The position numbers were made by a program, and so were the translations under genes. A model generated the notes under the pieces. That model made no database searches, was not told the origin of the DNA, and saw only the letters and a program-made list of their open reading frames with translations. 64,000 bases of DNA from an uncultured Gammaproteobacteria bacterium. Its GTDB lineage: Bacteria > Patescibacteriota > Patescibacteriia > S139-126. Positions 27,762 through 38,237 of this stretch are shown here, in pieces; the stretch's first letter is position 1, and every line of letters starts with the position of its first letter. Location: assembly GCA_964493305.1 (NCBI GenBank), contig CAZBLW010000002.1, positions 142,812 through 206,811 of the forward strand. The letters run 5' to 3'.

Positions 27762-28316
27762 TTAGAATTGGACTTTGACGTTGTCGCGCTCTTTAGCTTC
27801 AGCCACTTCAAAAAATTCGCGTGATTTGAAACCCAAAGTACCAGCTATGATATTGTTGGGAAAAACTTGAATTTTGGTGTTGAAATCTCTGACCATGCCA
27901 TTATAAAAACGTCTAGCTGCTTGGATTTTATTTTCGGTGTCAGATAGTTCATCTTGCAGTTTGGCAAAATTTTCACTAGCTCTGAGCTGTGGGTAGTTTT
28001 CCGCCACCGCAAATAGTGACTTCAAAGTGTCTGAGAGCATATTTTCTGCCTCGGCTTTATCTTTTAGAGAACCAGCTTGCATAGCTTTGGATCTGGCTTC
28101 AGTTACTTTGGTAAACAATTCTTTTTCATGAGTAGCATAACCTTTGACTGTTTCTACCAAATTGGGAATCAAGTCATAACGCCGTTTAAGTTGGACATCA
28201 ATATCACTCCAAGCTTCATCGACGCGATTTTTTAGTCTGATTAAACTGTTGTAGATGCCAATTAGCCACAGAACTATGGCTACTAAGACACCAACGAGAA
28301 TAAATGTTGTTTGCAT
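27762..28316 (-). CDS. lemA: LemA family protein
   Basis: N-terminal TM followed by the characteristic LemA helical domain. Sits upstream of htpX as is common. Confidence 0.75.
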   Translation of the reverse strand: MQTTFILVGVLVAIVLWLIGIYNSLIRLKNRVDEAWSDIDVQLKRRYDLIPNLVETVKGYATHEKELFTKVTEARSKAMQAGSLKDKAEAENMLSDTLKSLFAVAENYPQLRASENFAKLQDELSDTENKIQAARRFYNGMVRDFNTKIQVFPNNIIAGTLGFKSREFFEVAEAKERDNVKVQF

Positions 28317-28322
28317 ATGTTT

Positions 28323-28949
28323 TTAATTATTAATTATTTTACTTTGATAATGGGTGGTCTCAACATAAAGGGCGGCGTAAGAATCGCTATTGATCATCTG
28401 TTGCGCTCGGACATTGATATTGTCATCTATTTTTAGATCACTTAGCTTACCTTTACTATTTGAGGTTTTAACATCAACCGGATCGGGCGAATTGGCATCA
28501 GCATAGGTTTGACTGATAGTAGTAATTTGGATATCAGTTTTTTCATCAACATAAACTTTGTAAAGTTTTTCTTCAAAAGTCATGTCCAGAAAAGAGAAAC
28601 TAGAGTCAGTCAAATTTATCTCAGTAATTCTACCCGAACGATTGTAGGCCGGAGAAATATCAGGATTAGTAATAATCTTTTCATTAATCAGCGGTTCTGG
28701 TAAATCAAATTGTGCTAGGTCAGTATTGGGAGCTATTTGTTCAATCAGTTTTTGTTTATCAGTTTTTTGCGTATCAGTGTCAAATTCCAGTTGATTGGTA
28801 GTAGTTGTTGGGTTGGCAGATTGATTGTTACTGGGCTTATTTAGCAGATTGTTTTTTTGCCAAGTTAAAAACAAAATCAGCACAACTAGTATTACCACCA
28901 AAGCAGTAGTCATATAAATTATTTTTTTTTGTTGACTTTCCAGGGGCAT
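28323..28949 (-). CDS. Hypothetical membrane-anchored protein
   Basis: N-terminal TM followed by a Q/N/T-rich linker. Confidence 0.35.
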   Translation of the reverse strand: MPLESQQKKIIYMTTALVVILVVLILFLTWQKNNLLNKPSNNQSANPTTTTNQLEFDTDTQKTDKQKLIEQIAPNTDLAQFDLPEPLINEKIITNPDISPAYNRSGRITEINLTDSSFSFLDMTFEEKLYKVYVDEKTDIQITTISQTYADANSPDPVDVKTSNSKGKLSDLKIDDNINVRAQQMINSDSYAALYVETTHYQSKIINN

Positions 28950-29010
28950 TGATTTTATTTTTTTACGATTTTATTGTATAATTTATATAGCTTTAAGTCA
29001 ATTAAAAAAC

Positions 29011-32000
29011 ATGAAAAAAATATATTTTTTAATCACTTTATTGTTTGGTTTTAGTATTGGTTTATTTATTTTTTCATATCAAGAAGTAAAAGCTCAAGTA
29101 GGTACAGGCAATCAGTGTTATGCGGGTACTTGGATGCAACCGACCTGCAATCCGGTTACTTCGGATCCAAGTTCTTGCAATATTCTGCCACCACTTTTTT
29201 CTGGGGCAGCTTGTGATCAACACACTGGCTATTTGCGTGTGCAAGATGAAGCCAATGGAACTGCTCAAGCTAATTGGACCCAATTATTTCCGGGAAAGAT
29301 TTTAGTTGGTGATGTTGCTGGTGGTTGGGTTACACCCGGAGGTAGTATTGAAATTTATGGCCCAGTGGTATCGGGAAATTTTGCTCTGGCTACTGATGTA
29401 CCAGTTGGTTTCAAAGAATCTGGTGATTTTGCTGCTCAGCGTGACATTTATGCCGGTGGTTCATTACGGGTAGCTGGGAATTCAAGTTTTTATGGCTCGA
29501 TCAATGCTTACAATAGAGTAAATATTACTGCTTCAGCCAATACTGGTAATTTGATGACGATTACCAATTCAGCTGGTATAGGAACCAATGCTACTACTGT
29601 GGCAATTATTCAAACACCTGGAAGTGTTGGTAATATTTTAAGTTTGGATACAGCCGACAATAACAGAGTTTATGTAGATCAGCTTGGTTATCTCAATGCC
29701 ACCAAGGATTTTCAAATCAGGATAGATACTGACAATAATTTCACCCAAAATTATTTTCGTATCAATGACGGTGCCAATGCTACTGTGTTTCAAGTTGCCG
29801 AAGATGGTAGCGCGCAAATTGCTGGTGATGCTAGTGTAGCTAAAAATTTGTCGGCTGGTTCAATAGTAGCCAATAGCCCTAGTGCTGGTAGGGGAAAAAT
29901 TTGGGGAAACTTTACTGATTTGAATAACAACAACTGCTCAGCTGATCAGCTGTTGGTTTATCGGGGAGCGCCTTTTACGCCTGGTTGGTACTGTGTTTCA
30001 GCTACCAATGTTGGTACCACTACGGTGGGAAATTTATTGCAGACCTTGCAAGCTGGCGCTGATGCTTCAAGTTTTGCTGGTGCCGTTTCTATAGGTACTG
30101 ATTCCAATGGGTTTACATTAGTTGGTCCAGAAGTTGGCGTATCAGGGCCAGTAAATTTTATTATAAAAAATCGGGAAAATGTTAATTTGAATAATCAATT
30201 GATGGGTGCAATATACTTTAGTGACGCTTATAATTTTATTTCGCAAGCAAAAATAGAAGTAGCAAGAGGTGCTTCTGGTAGTGGCGGTGATTATCCCACT
30301 AAAATGTCTTTTTGGACTACACCAGATGGATCTTCCGTTGCTCAAGAAAGATTAACAATTTTAGCCAATGGTAATGTTGGTATTGGTAACACCTTCCCAA
30401 ATTCAAAGTTGAATATTAATGTGCCGGTTAATACAGAAGGCATTAAAATAGTAAATAACAATTATTCTCCTTTGGTGATTAGAAATAATGCTGATGTATT
30501 TGACTTATTTCGTGTTAATGAAACAGGCAATGTAACAGCTTATGGTACTATCAGAGGTCGTTTTACTGATGGCGATGGTAATCTTTGTGCTAACAACCAA
30601 ATATTGGTTTACAATAGCGGTACTAGTAAGTGGGTTTGTAGCAACAGTATTCCTGGAGGATCGCAAGATTTATTATCAGTTTTAGGTGCAGGTTCCAATG
30701 CTTCAACTTATACCGCCAATACCAGCATCGGTGGAAATTTAGGACTAGGTGGTATTTCCAATCCAACTTACTCAATACATCTAAGTAAAAGTGCCACTTC
30801 TAACGGTTATGGCTCATTGGCTCTGGAAACTGCCGCTACAGGACGTAATTCATATATTGAAATAAGGAATTCCGACACCAGTCAGATACCATACATTGAT
30901 TTAACCAAAGGTTGGACTGGTGGCAATACACCTGACTTTAGCGGTCGCATTGCTTATTGGAGTGATAATGATTTTCAAATTATCCAGGCCAACAACAATC
31001 CTTTAAGTTTTTGGACAAACAATACTAAACGCATGACTATTGCTGGCAATGGTTTCGTTGGTATTGGTATAGACCCAACCAGCATGTTCCAGATAAATGG
31101 TGCGGCTGGTACGGGATGGAACTCAGGACTGAAAATTACTCGCGCTGACCAAATAGGTGCTGATTTTCGTATCAATGTTACTACTGGAGACACCTTGTTT
31201 AGGAATTTTTCAGCTGGGACGGGTTATGCATTTAGAAATTCAGCTGATGCGAGCTTATTGAATATTTTAAGTGATGGTAAAGTAGGCATCGGTTATAATC
31301 CACCAACATCTAAATTAACCGTTGGGCCTACAAACAATGTAGAAGGGGTTAGAATTATCAGTAGTAATTACTCACCATTAATTATAAGAAATACAGCCAA
31401 TGATAAAGATATATTTAGAATTAAACAAAATGGTGAGCTTACTCATTTTATAAATGGTTCTCCCGCTATGAGTATGGATACAAATTTAGTTTTATCCGTA
31501 AACAATAAAGTTAAAACAAATATTGTCGAGACGCAATTATTAACCCATTATGAGGACACTGGTACTAATTCAACTTACTATACTTGGGGTGATGATGGTT
31601 TGGATTTTTGTGGTTCAGGCCCAGCTTATTTGGATTGTCAGGACACGAAATTAGCCAGAGTTATTTTTGATTATATTAGTAATTTTTTTAAAATTTCACA
31701 AGCTTTAGCTGAACCAGTAAGAGAGTTTGAAAATAGTGCTCCAACTAATGCCGCGCCATGTAATGTTGGTGATGTTACGTTATATACTGCTCCATCACAA
31801 CCAAAAATTTATTTTAACTGTAGTGATAATTGGGATCAGACCGCTCCTTATATTTCATATCGTTTATGTCAAGCCACCACTTCTACACCAAGTGAAGTAA
31901 CTAAAATTCAGTTTGAAGGCACGCCAGGACTAGCAAAACCTGGTTTAACCAAAGTTAAAGACAATTTAGTGGTAGAGCAAAATTTATGGGGTAACGGTAT

Positions 32001-32130
32001 AACAAGTGGTTGTCATAATGTAGGAACGAGTGGCGTTCCTACAAAACAATGTCCTGATGGAGAATTTATGGCTGGTATCAATATAGTTACTAATATGTAT
32101 GATAGTACAATTATTTGTTGTCCGTTATAG
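29011..32130 (+). CDS. Large secreted repeat protein (tail-fibre-like/adhesin-like beta-repeat surface protein)
   Basis: Signal peptide. Internal repeats containing a GNVGIG...P.SKL.V motif. Repeated paired-Cys modules (C..DQLLVYRG...WYCVS, C.NNQILVYNSG..WVCSNS). Cys-rich C-terminus. Confidence 0.55.
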   Translation: MKKIYFLITLLFGFSIGLFIFSYQEVKAQVGTGNQCYAGTWMQPTCNPVTSDPSSCNILPPLFSGAACDQHTGYLRVQDEANGTAQANWTQLFPGKILVGDVAGGWVTPGGSIEIYGPVVSGNFALATDVPVGFKESGDFAAQRDIYAGGSLRVAGNSSFYGSINAYNRVNITASANTGNLMTITNSAGIGTNATTVAIIQTPGSVGNILSLDTADNNRVYVDQLGYLNATKDFQIRIDTDNNFTQNYFRINDGANATVFQVAEDGSAQIAGDASVAKNLSAGSIVANSPSAGRGKIWGNFTDLNNNNCSADQLLVYRGAPFTPGWYCVSATNVGTTTVGNLLQTLQAGADASSFAGAVSIGTDSNGFTLVGPEVGVSGPVNFIIKNRENVNLNNQLMGAIYFSDAYNFISQAKIEVARGASGSGGDYPTKMSFWTTPDGSSVAQERLTILANGNVGIGNTFPNSKLNINVPVNTEGIKIVNNNYSPLVIRNNADVFDLFRVNETGNVTAYGTIRGRFTDGDGNLCANNQILVYNSGTSKWVCSNSIPGGSQDLLSVLGAGSNASTYTANTSIGGNLGLGGISNPTYSIHLSKSATSNGYGSLALETAATGRNSYIEIRNSDTSQIPYIDLTKGWTGGNTPDFSGRIAYWSDNDFQIIQANNNPLSFWTNNTKRMTIAGNGFVGIGIDPTSMFQINGAAGTGWNSGLKITRADQIGADFRINVTTGDTLFRNFSAGTGYAFRNSADASLLNILSDGKVGIGYNPPTSKLTVGPTNNVEGVRIISSNYSPLIIRNTANDKDIFRIKQNGELTHFINGSPAMSMDTNLVLSVNNKVKTNIVETQLLTHYEDTGTNSTYYTWGDDGLDFCGSGPAYLDCQDTKLARVIFDYISNFFKISQALAEPVREFENSAPTNAAPCNVGDVTLYTAPSQPKIYFNCSDNWDQTAPYISYRLCQATTSTPSEVTKIQFEGTPGLAKPGLTKVKDNLVVEQNLWGNGITSGCHNVGTSGVPTKQCPDGEFMAGINIVTNMYDSTIICCPL

Positions 32131-32146
32131 ATTTTGATTAATAATA

Positions 32147-32178
32147 AACCCTTTTCTAAATGAAAAGGGTTTTTTATT
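32147..32178. terminator. Bidirectional terminator between convergent genes
   Basis: aaccctttt-ctaaatg-aaaagggtt hairpin followed by a T-run. Confidence 0.6.
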
Positions 32179-33062
32179 TATCTAAGAAGTGTCATTTTTT
32201 TGGTCAGTTTTTGACCGTTAGCAGAGAGGATATAGAAATAATTACCGCTAGGTAATTGTAAAGAGTTGAACTCATATTCATATGTACCATAAGGTAATTC
32301 TTGATTGACCAAAGTGGCTACAGGTTGTCCCAATATATTATAGACAGTGAGATTAGTGAAATTTGAGATAGGAATAGTGAATCTTATTTTAGTACTGGGG
32401 TTGAAAGGATTAGGATAGTTTTGTAACAACGAATAGTTGTCAGGTATGGGATTTTCTATATTTTCCAATCCAGAAAGTATATCGCCAAATCCACAATACA
32501 GAATGGGTGTGCCACCATAGTTTTGATAGTACCACGTATCTAGTAAAATCGTATTGTTTTGTTGAGCGTAAAGTAGTTGGAGTACGCAAGTATCTATTGT
32601 TGCACTATCGGCGGGAAATGGTTGTCCAGTAGTTACACTAGTCCATGAATGGTTTTCAATTTTTAACCAGTTATTAAAAATATTTGTTGAACTATAAATT
32701 GGATAATACCATTCATTTTCGTGTTTTATTATTAATACTACATACGTAAAAGGAACGTTTGATTTAATAATAAAATGACAATTTACTAATTGCATAGTTA
32801 TCGGCTGGGGTAAGATACAATTGAGAAAATGGTAACCCGATCCATTATAAGAAATATCTGCTTGTAAGCTATATTGGTTGTTATAACCTGGTATGATCGG
32901 TATATTTGTATTTACATCTGAGCATGCAGATAAAGTAGAATTGTCATTGGTAGAAAACGGTGTAATATTAGATGATTGCCAGCCAAAAATTCCTTGAGCA
33001 TTTAATTGGAATGAAATTATACTTAAAAGTATAATTATTGATGTAATTATTATTTTTTTCAT
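32178..33062 (-). CDS. Secreted protein with T9SS-type (Por_Secre_tail-like) C-terminal sorting domain
   Basis: Signal peptide. C-terminal LLQNYPNPFNPSTKIRF...VYNILGQPVATL...SGNYFYIL...KKMTLLR matches the type A CTD consensus. Confidence 0.55.
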   Translation of the reverse strand: MKKIIITSIIILLSIISFQLNAQGIFGWQSSNITPFSTNDNSTLSACSDVNTNIPIIPGYNNQYSLQADISYNGSGYHFLNCILPQPITMQLVNCHFIIKSNVPFTYVVLIIKHENEWYYPIYSSTNIFNNWLKIENHSWTSVTTGQPFPADSATIDTCVLQLLYAQQNNTILLDTWYYQNYGGTPILYCGFGDILSGLENIENPIPDNYSLLQNYPNPFNPSTKIRFTIPISNFTNLTVYNILGQPVATLVNQELPYGTYEYEFNSLQLPSGNYFYILSANGQKLTKKMTLLR

Positions 33063-33196
33063 GACAAGCCTCCTTTGGGCAATTATTTGAAAATACTTTA
33101 TTTAATTTTGAAAGTTCATAATGTAATTAAATAATACCATATTAAGCAAGAAAAATTAATGTTTGTCAATATTTAAAAATATAAATTATTTATTAA

Positions 33197-33220
33197 AAAC
33201 CGCCATAGTTATGGCGGTTT
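33197..33220. terminator. Palindromic terminator
   Basis: aaaccgccat-agtt-atggcggttt. Confidence 0.55.
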
Positions 33221-33223
33221 ATT

Positions 33224-34294
33224 TTAGGAATTTAATATCCCTAAGACGAGTTCGTCTATCAGTTCTTGAACTGAAAGAATTTTATTGACTCGGTGCACAT
33301 TGGCACCAGCAAAAATTAAACCTTCATCTATTTTCCCTTTGAAAGAGTCAACGAGTTTTACAGCTATACAATAGCCAGCTTGATCTCTTTCACAAGAGTC
33401 GATGCAGTGATAAGGACAAATAGTTTTGGTAGGTTTGTCTTCGTTTAATTTTTTCAAGAAGGGATTCATAATCGCGCGTCCCGGCATACCCACTGGGCTT
33501 TTGATAATCATAATATCTTCTGGTTTGGCATTAATATAGGCTTGTTTAAATTCTTCTGCTACTGGGCATTCACGGGTGGCTACAAAACGAGTTGCCAGTT
33601 GTGCTCCACTAGCACCAAGAGAAAGAAAATGAGCAATATCATTGCCAGTATAAATTCCCCCAGCTACGATAAGGGGGATTTTTCTGCCAATTTTTTGTTC
33701 ATAAGGCTCAATGATTTTTATGGTGTCTAGTAAAATTTTTTCCAAATTATAATTAACCGGATCAGCCAGTTGTTCCAAAGAGAAGCCTAAATGCCCACCA
33801 GCTAGAGGGCCTTCTATAATGAAAGCATCAGGAGTTCGCTTATATCTTTCCCAGTAAGTGATAATAATTTTGGCAAGGCGTGCAGAACTAATGATTGGCA
33901 CTAAAGCCACGTCTGGGTCGGGTACAATTTCCGGTAGGGTTTTAGGAATACCCGCACCATAAACAATTATATGAGCACCAGCCGCAACGGCGGTTTTGAT
34001 AAGTTCATTTCTATTGGATAGTACTCCCATAACATTGATCGCAAACGGTTGCGAGGTGAGACTTTGTAGAGTGGTAATATTTTTTAGCAATGAATCATTG
34101 GAAATTCTGATATAATCAGCGGCTTTGACGCCTTTATAAAGGTCCATCAGACCAATAGTAGTTAATGTACCCAAACAATCAGCCTGGGCCACAGCTGCTA
34201 CCAGTGTTGGTCCGGTAATCCGAACACCCATTGAACCCATAACAATTGGCAACCGAAAAGTATGTTGCCCAATAGTAAGTTTTGGTATTTTCAT
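33224..34294 (-). CDS. Nitronate monooxygenase / FabK-like FMN-dependent oxidoreductase
   Basis: NMO-family signature GASGAQLATRFVATRE and glycine-rich FMN-binding segments. Confidence 0.7.
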   Translation of the reverse strand: MKIPKLTIGQHTFRLPIVMGSMGVRITGPTLVAAVAQADCLGTLTTIGLMDLYKGVKAADYIRISNDSLLKNITTLQSLTSQPFAINVMGVLSNRNELIKTAVAAGAHIIVYGAGIPKTLPEIVPDPDVALVPIISSARLAKIIITYWERYKRTPDAFIIEGPLAGGHLGFSLEQLADPVNYNLEKILLDTIKIIEPYEQKIGRKIPLIVAGGIYTGNDIAHFLSLGASGAQLATRFVATRECPVAEEFKQAYINAKPEDIMIIKSPVGMPGRAIMNPFLKKLNEDKPTKTICPYHCIDSCERDQAGYCIAVKLVDSFKGKIDEGLIFAGANVHRVNKILSVQELIDELVLGILNS

Positions 34295-34599
34295 GATATA
34301 ACTTCCTTGTATTTTGATGTTTTTAATGTAAAATTGCCTTTAGTTTGTCATTAATTAAATTACTGGTCAAGCAGTAGATTTGACATTATTTTAAAAAATG
34401 TTAAACTGGTTTTACAATTTTATATACCTTTAGTATGTGTATCGATAAGTTTATTTTTGCCTTTGGAACGATACGCAGAAGCAATAAGGAATCTCTAAGC
34501 CCTTATTGGGCTTTTTTTGATAAATTTTTAAAGTTTGGTTTTTGATTTTTATTTACAATTATTTAAAAATTAAAAATTAAAAATTAAAAATTGTAATTT

Positions 34600-35028
34600 A
34601 TGCCCACAATTCACCAATTGATTAGAAAGCCGAGAAAAACTCAAAAAGTAAAATCAAAGTCTCCGGCTTTGCAATCAACTTTCAATGTTTTACGTCGTCA
34701 TCGTACCAAACTGCCTAAAGGTAGTGCTTTTAAGCGCGGAGTTTGTGTTAAAGTGACCACGACTACACCAAAGAAACCAAATTCAGCTTTGCGCAAAATT
34801 GCCAGAGTTAGATTGTCCAATGGGATGGAAGTAACAGCTTATATACCAGGCGAAGGACACAATTTACAAGAACACAGTGTGGTGATGATTCGCGGTGGTC
34901 GTGTCAAAGATTTGCCAGGTGTGCGTTATAAAGTTGTACGCGGTGTGTTTGATACTCAAGGTGTACAAAATCGTAAACAGAGCCGATCTCGTTATGGCGC
35001 CAAACGCCCCAAAGAGGCTAAAAAATAG
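34600..35028 (+). CDS. rpsL: 30S ribosomal protein S12
   Basis: [13 protein letters not shown]... and [10 protein letters not shown] motifs. Confidence 0.95.
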   Translation: MPTIHQLIRKPRKTQKVKSKSPALQSTFNVLRRHRTKLPKGSAFKRGVCVKVTTTTPKKPNSALRKIARVRLSNGMEVTAYIPGEGHNLQEHSVVMIRGGRVKDLPGVRYKVVRGVFDTQGVQNRKQSRSRYGAKRPKEAKK

Positions 35029-35072
35029 TTAACTACTTCTAATTTTTATTCTTAATTCTAAATTCAAATATT

Positions 35073-35552
35073 ATGCGTGGAAAAAGAGCACCCAAAAGAA
35101 AAATTGATCCAGATCCAAAGTATCATTCTTTGGAAGTGGCAAAATTTATCAATCATATTATGTTGGGCGGTAAAAAAACGGTTGCGCAAAAAATTATTTA
35201 TGACTGTTTTGATTTAATGGCAGCCAAGACCAAACAAAAACCCTTAGATTTATTTGAAAAAGCTGTGCGCAGTGTGGCGCCAGTGGTGGAAGTAAAAGGA
35301 AGACGGGTTGGTGGCGCCAACTATCAAGTACCAATTCCTGTAACTGGAGAGCGAAAAAACAATCTAGCTTTTCGCTGGTTAATCGAAGCCGCTCGCAATA
35401 AAAAAGGTCGCTCAATGTCAGCTAAGCTAGCTGAAGAAATGTTAGCTGCCATCAACAACGAAGGCGATGCTATCAAGAAAAAACAGGATGTTCAAAGGAT
35501 GGCCGAAGCTAACCGAGCTTTTGCTCATTTTGCCAATTTTATCAAACGATAA
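35073..35552 (+). CDS. rpsG: 30S ribosomal protein S7
   Basis: Typical S7 sequence, positioned after rpsL. Confidence 0.95.
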   Translation: MRGKRAPKRKIDPDPKYHSLEVAKFINHIMLGGKKTVAQKIIYDCFDLMAAKTKQKPLDLFEKAVRSVAPVVEVKGRRVGGANYQVPIPVTGERKNNLAFRWLIEAARNKKGRSMSAKLAEEMLAAINNEGDAIKKKQDVQRMAEANRAFAHFANFIKR

Positions 35553-35582
35553 ATTAATTTAAATTATAAATTATAAAAAAAT

Positions 35583-37679
35583 ATGGCTAGGGAATACAGT
35601 TTAGAAAAAACCAGAAATATCGGGATTATCGCCCATATTGATGCGGGTAAAACCACCGTGTCAGAAAGAGTTTTGTATTATACTGGTAAAAAACATAAAA
35701 TTGGTGAGGTGCACGAGGGTCAAGCAGAAATGGATTGGATGGAACAAGAGCGCGAACGTGGCATCACTATTACTTCAGCAGCCACTACTTGTTTTTGGAA
35801 AGACTGTCGGATCAATATCATCGACACTCCGGGACACGTGGATTTTACAGCTGAAGTTGAGCGGAGTTTGCGAGTATTGGATGGTGGTGTCGTCGTCTTT
35901 GATGGCGTCGCCGGTGTGGAATCACAATCAGAAACTGTTTGGCGCCAAGCGGATAAGTACAATGTTCCGCGCATTGCTTTTATCAATAAAATGGATAGAA
36001 TGGGTGCGGATTTTTATTATGATCTAAAAACCATTCATGAACGTTTAACCAAACATGCTCATCCCATTCAGTTGCCTATAGGTGCAGCCGAAACTTTTCA
36101 AGGATTAATAGATTTATTGGAGCAAAAAGCTTTTTACTACCGTGATGATTTGGGTGTAAATATTGATGAAGCTGAAATTCCGGCTGACATGCAGGACAAA
36201 GTTGTCGAATTCCGAGCTCAGTTGATTGAAGCGATTGTAGAAAATGATGAAGAATTAATGCACCAGTATTTGGAAGGTAAAGAAATTTCGATTGAGGATT
36301 TACGCCGAGTTTTAAGACAGGCAACAATTGAAAGTAAAATCGTCCCAGTACTTTGTGGTAGTGCTTTAAAAAACAAAGGAGTCCAACGCATGTTGGATGC
36401 CGTGATTTATTATTTGCCATCACCATTGGATGTTGATTCCCCCTTGGCCCATGATGTTGATGATACTACTAAAGAAGTGCCAATTGTTATTGGAGATGAT
36501 AAACCGTTGGCGGGTTTGGCTTTCAAAATTGCGACTGACCCTTATGTTGGCAGACTTACTTTTTATCGTATTTATAGTGGTACTATCAAATCTGGTAGTT
36601 ATGTTTTAAACAATACCACCGGTGATAAGGAAAGAATTAGTCGTCTGTTACGAATGCATGCCAATCACCGAGAAGAAATCGACGAAGCTTATGCCGGTGA
36701 AATAGCGGCTATTGTCGGATTGAAAAATACGACTACTGGCGATACTTTGACTGATGTTGATCATCCATTGTTGTTAGAAAAAATCGAGTTTCCTGAGCCA
36801 GTTATTTCTATTGCCGTGGAACCGAAAACTAAACAGGATCAAGAAAAAATGGGTATTGCTTTGCAAAGATTAGCTGAAGAAGATCCGACCTTCAGGGTCA
36901 AAACCGATGAAGAAACTGGTCAGATGATTATTTCTGGTATGGGAGAACTTCATCTTGATATTATTGTGGACCGCATGAAGCGTGAATTTAAGGTTGAAGC
37001 CAATATTGGTAAACCCCAAGTGGCTTACAAAGAAACAATTAAAACTCAAGCTGAAGCCGAAGGTAAATATATTAGACAATCAGGTGGACGTGGTCAGTAT
37101 GGTCATTGTTGGGTTAGAGTGGAGCCCAATGAAGCTGGTAAAGGTTATGAATTTATTGATCAGATTAAAGGTGGTGTCATCCCCAGAGAATATATCCCCG
37201 CGATTGATAAAGGTATCAAAGAGGCTTTGGAAAACGGAGTCTTGGCAGGATATCCAGTTATTGATGTCAAAGCCACGGTTTATGATGGATCTTATCATGA
37301 AGTTGACTCTTCGGAAGCGGCTTTCAAAATCGCTGGTAGTAAAGCTTTTCAAGATGCATTTAAAAAAGCCAGTCCAATTTTATTGGAGCCAATTGAAAAA
37401 ATTGAAGTGGTTGTTCCCGAAGAATATATGGGTGATGTTATTGGTGATTTAAATGCCAAGCGTGGTCAAATTTTGGAAATGATTGATCGTGGTAACAACA
37501 AAGTAATCTATGCTAATGTCCCGTTGGCTTCAATGTTTGGTTATGTCACTACTTTACGTTCGATGACCCAAGGACGTGGTACTTCTACTATGGAGTTTGC
37601 CCATTATGCTGAAGTGCCCAGCAATGTAGCCAAAGAGATTATTGAGGGTAATTCCACCAAGATTAAAAAAGACGCTTAA
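35583..37679 (+). CDS. fusA: Elongation factor G
   Basis: GTPase motifs AHIDAGKTT and DTPGHVDF. 698 aa. Confidence 0.95.
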   Translation: MAREYSLEKTRNIGIIAHIDAGKTTVSERVLYYTGKKHKIGEVHEGQAEMDWMEQERERGITITSAATTCFWKDCRINIIDTPGHVDFTAEVERSLRVLDGGVVVFDGVAGVESQSETVWRQADKYNVPRIAFINKMDRMGADFYYDLKTIHERLTKHAHPIQLPIGAAETFQGLIDLLEQKAFYYRDDLGVNIDEAEIPADMQDKVVEFRAQLIEAIVENDEELMHQYLEGKEISIEDLRRVLRQATIESKIVPVLCGSALKNKGVQRMLDAVIYYLPSPLDVDSPLAHDVDDTTKEVPIVIGDDKPLAGLAFKIATDPYVGRLTFYRIYSGTIKSGSYVLNNTTGDKERISRLLRMHANHREEIDEAYAGEIAAIVGLKNTTTGDTLTDVDHPLLLEKIEFPEPVISIAVEPKTKQDQEKMGIALQRLAEEDPTFRVKTDEETGQMIISGMGELHLDIIVDRMKREFKVEANIGKPQVAYKETIKTQAEAEGKYIRQSGGRGQYGHCWVRVEPNEAGKGYEFIDQIKGGVIPREYIPAIDKGIKEALENGVLAGYPVIDVKATVYDGSYHEVDSSEAAFKIAGSKAFQDAFKKASPILLEPIEKIEVVVPEEYMGDVIGDLNAKRGQILEMIDRGNNKVIYANVPLASMFGYVTTLRSMTQGRGTSTMEFAHYAEVPSNVAKEIIEGNSTKIKKDA

Positions 37680-37700
37680 TTATTTATTAAATAATATTCT

Positions 37701-37988
37701 ATGGATTGGCATAATATTATTACTACACTAAAAAAAATTGGTCGGGAGTTGGTGGTGATGGATCAATCTGATACCTATGTCTTGATGACTCTCGAACGAT
37801 TCAATGAGCTAGTCGATCAGGGTAAAGATGTACGCCATCTCAGTGAGGAAGAATTGATTCAGCAAATAAACCAACAAGTGGCTGATTGGCGAGCTAACCA
37901 GGACCAGTGGTCAGATGCTGTCAAGTCAGAAAAGCCTTTGAAAACTGACCTTGATGACGATACTTTCTATATCGAACCAGTTGAATAA
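37701..37988 (+). CDS. Small acidic hypothetical protein
   Basis: 95-aa ORF between fusA and tuf. No motifs. Confidence 0.35.
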   Translation: MDWHNIITTLKKIGRELVVMDQSDTYVLMTLERFNELVDQGKDVRHLSEEELIQQINQQVADWRANQDQWSDAVKSEKPLKTDLDDDTFYIEPVE

Positions 37989-38093
37989 GTTTCCACATGT
38001 TTTCAATAGATTATGCAAAATTGATTAATTTTGCCTAATATTAGATAAAAAAATATTATTTAGGGCAGTATTTTTGAGTCCAGCTAAAATACT

Positions 38094-38130
38094 TGCCAAA
38101 TAAAAATAAGTTTGTTATAATCACCAAGCG
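38094..38130 (+). promoter_or_regulatory. Sigma70-like promoter for tuf
   Basis: TTGCCA, a 17-bp spacer, then TATAAT. A structured leader with nested inverted repeats lies downstream. Confidence 0.5.
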
Positions 38131-38237
38131 TATTTATAAAATTTAATCATTTAATTATTAAGTTTTTCAATTAACGGCTGGGTAAAACCCACAACTAATA
38201 TTTACAGTTTGGGGCCGTTAATAAGGTAATAAACAAT

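Noticed and set aside
34440-34520. Possible small RNA or terminator (aagccc-ttatt-gggcttttttt) upstream of rpsL in the divergent intergenic region
   Set aside because: No upstream plus-strand gene to terminate and no further support. It may only insulate the str operon. Not called.
35638-37452. Multiple ORFs on both strands inside fusA (35638..36027, 35720..35986, 36076..36426, 36870..37079, 36982..37452, 37080..37352)
   Set aside because: Shadow ORFs within the EF-G coding sequence.
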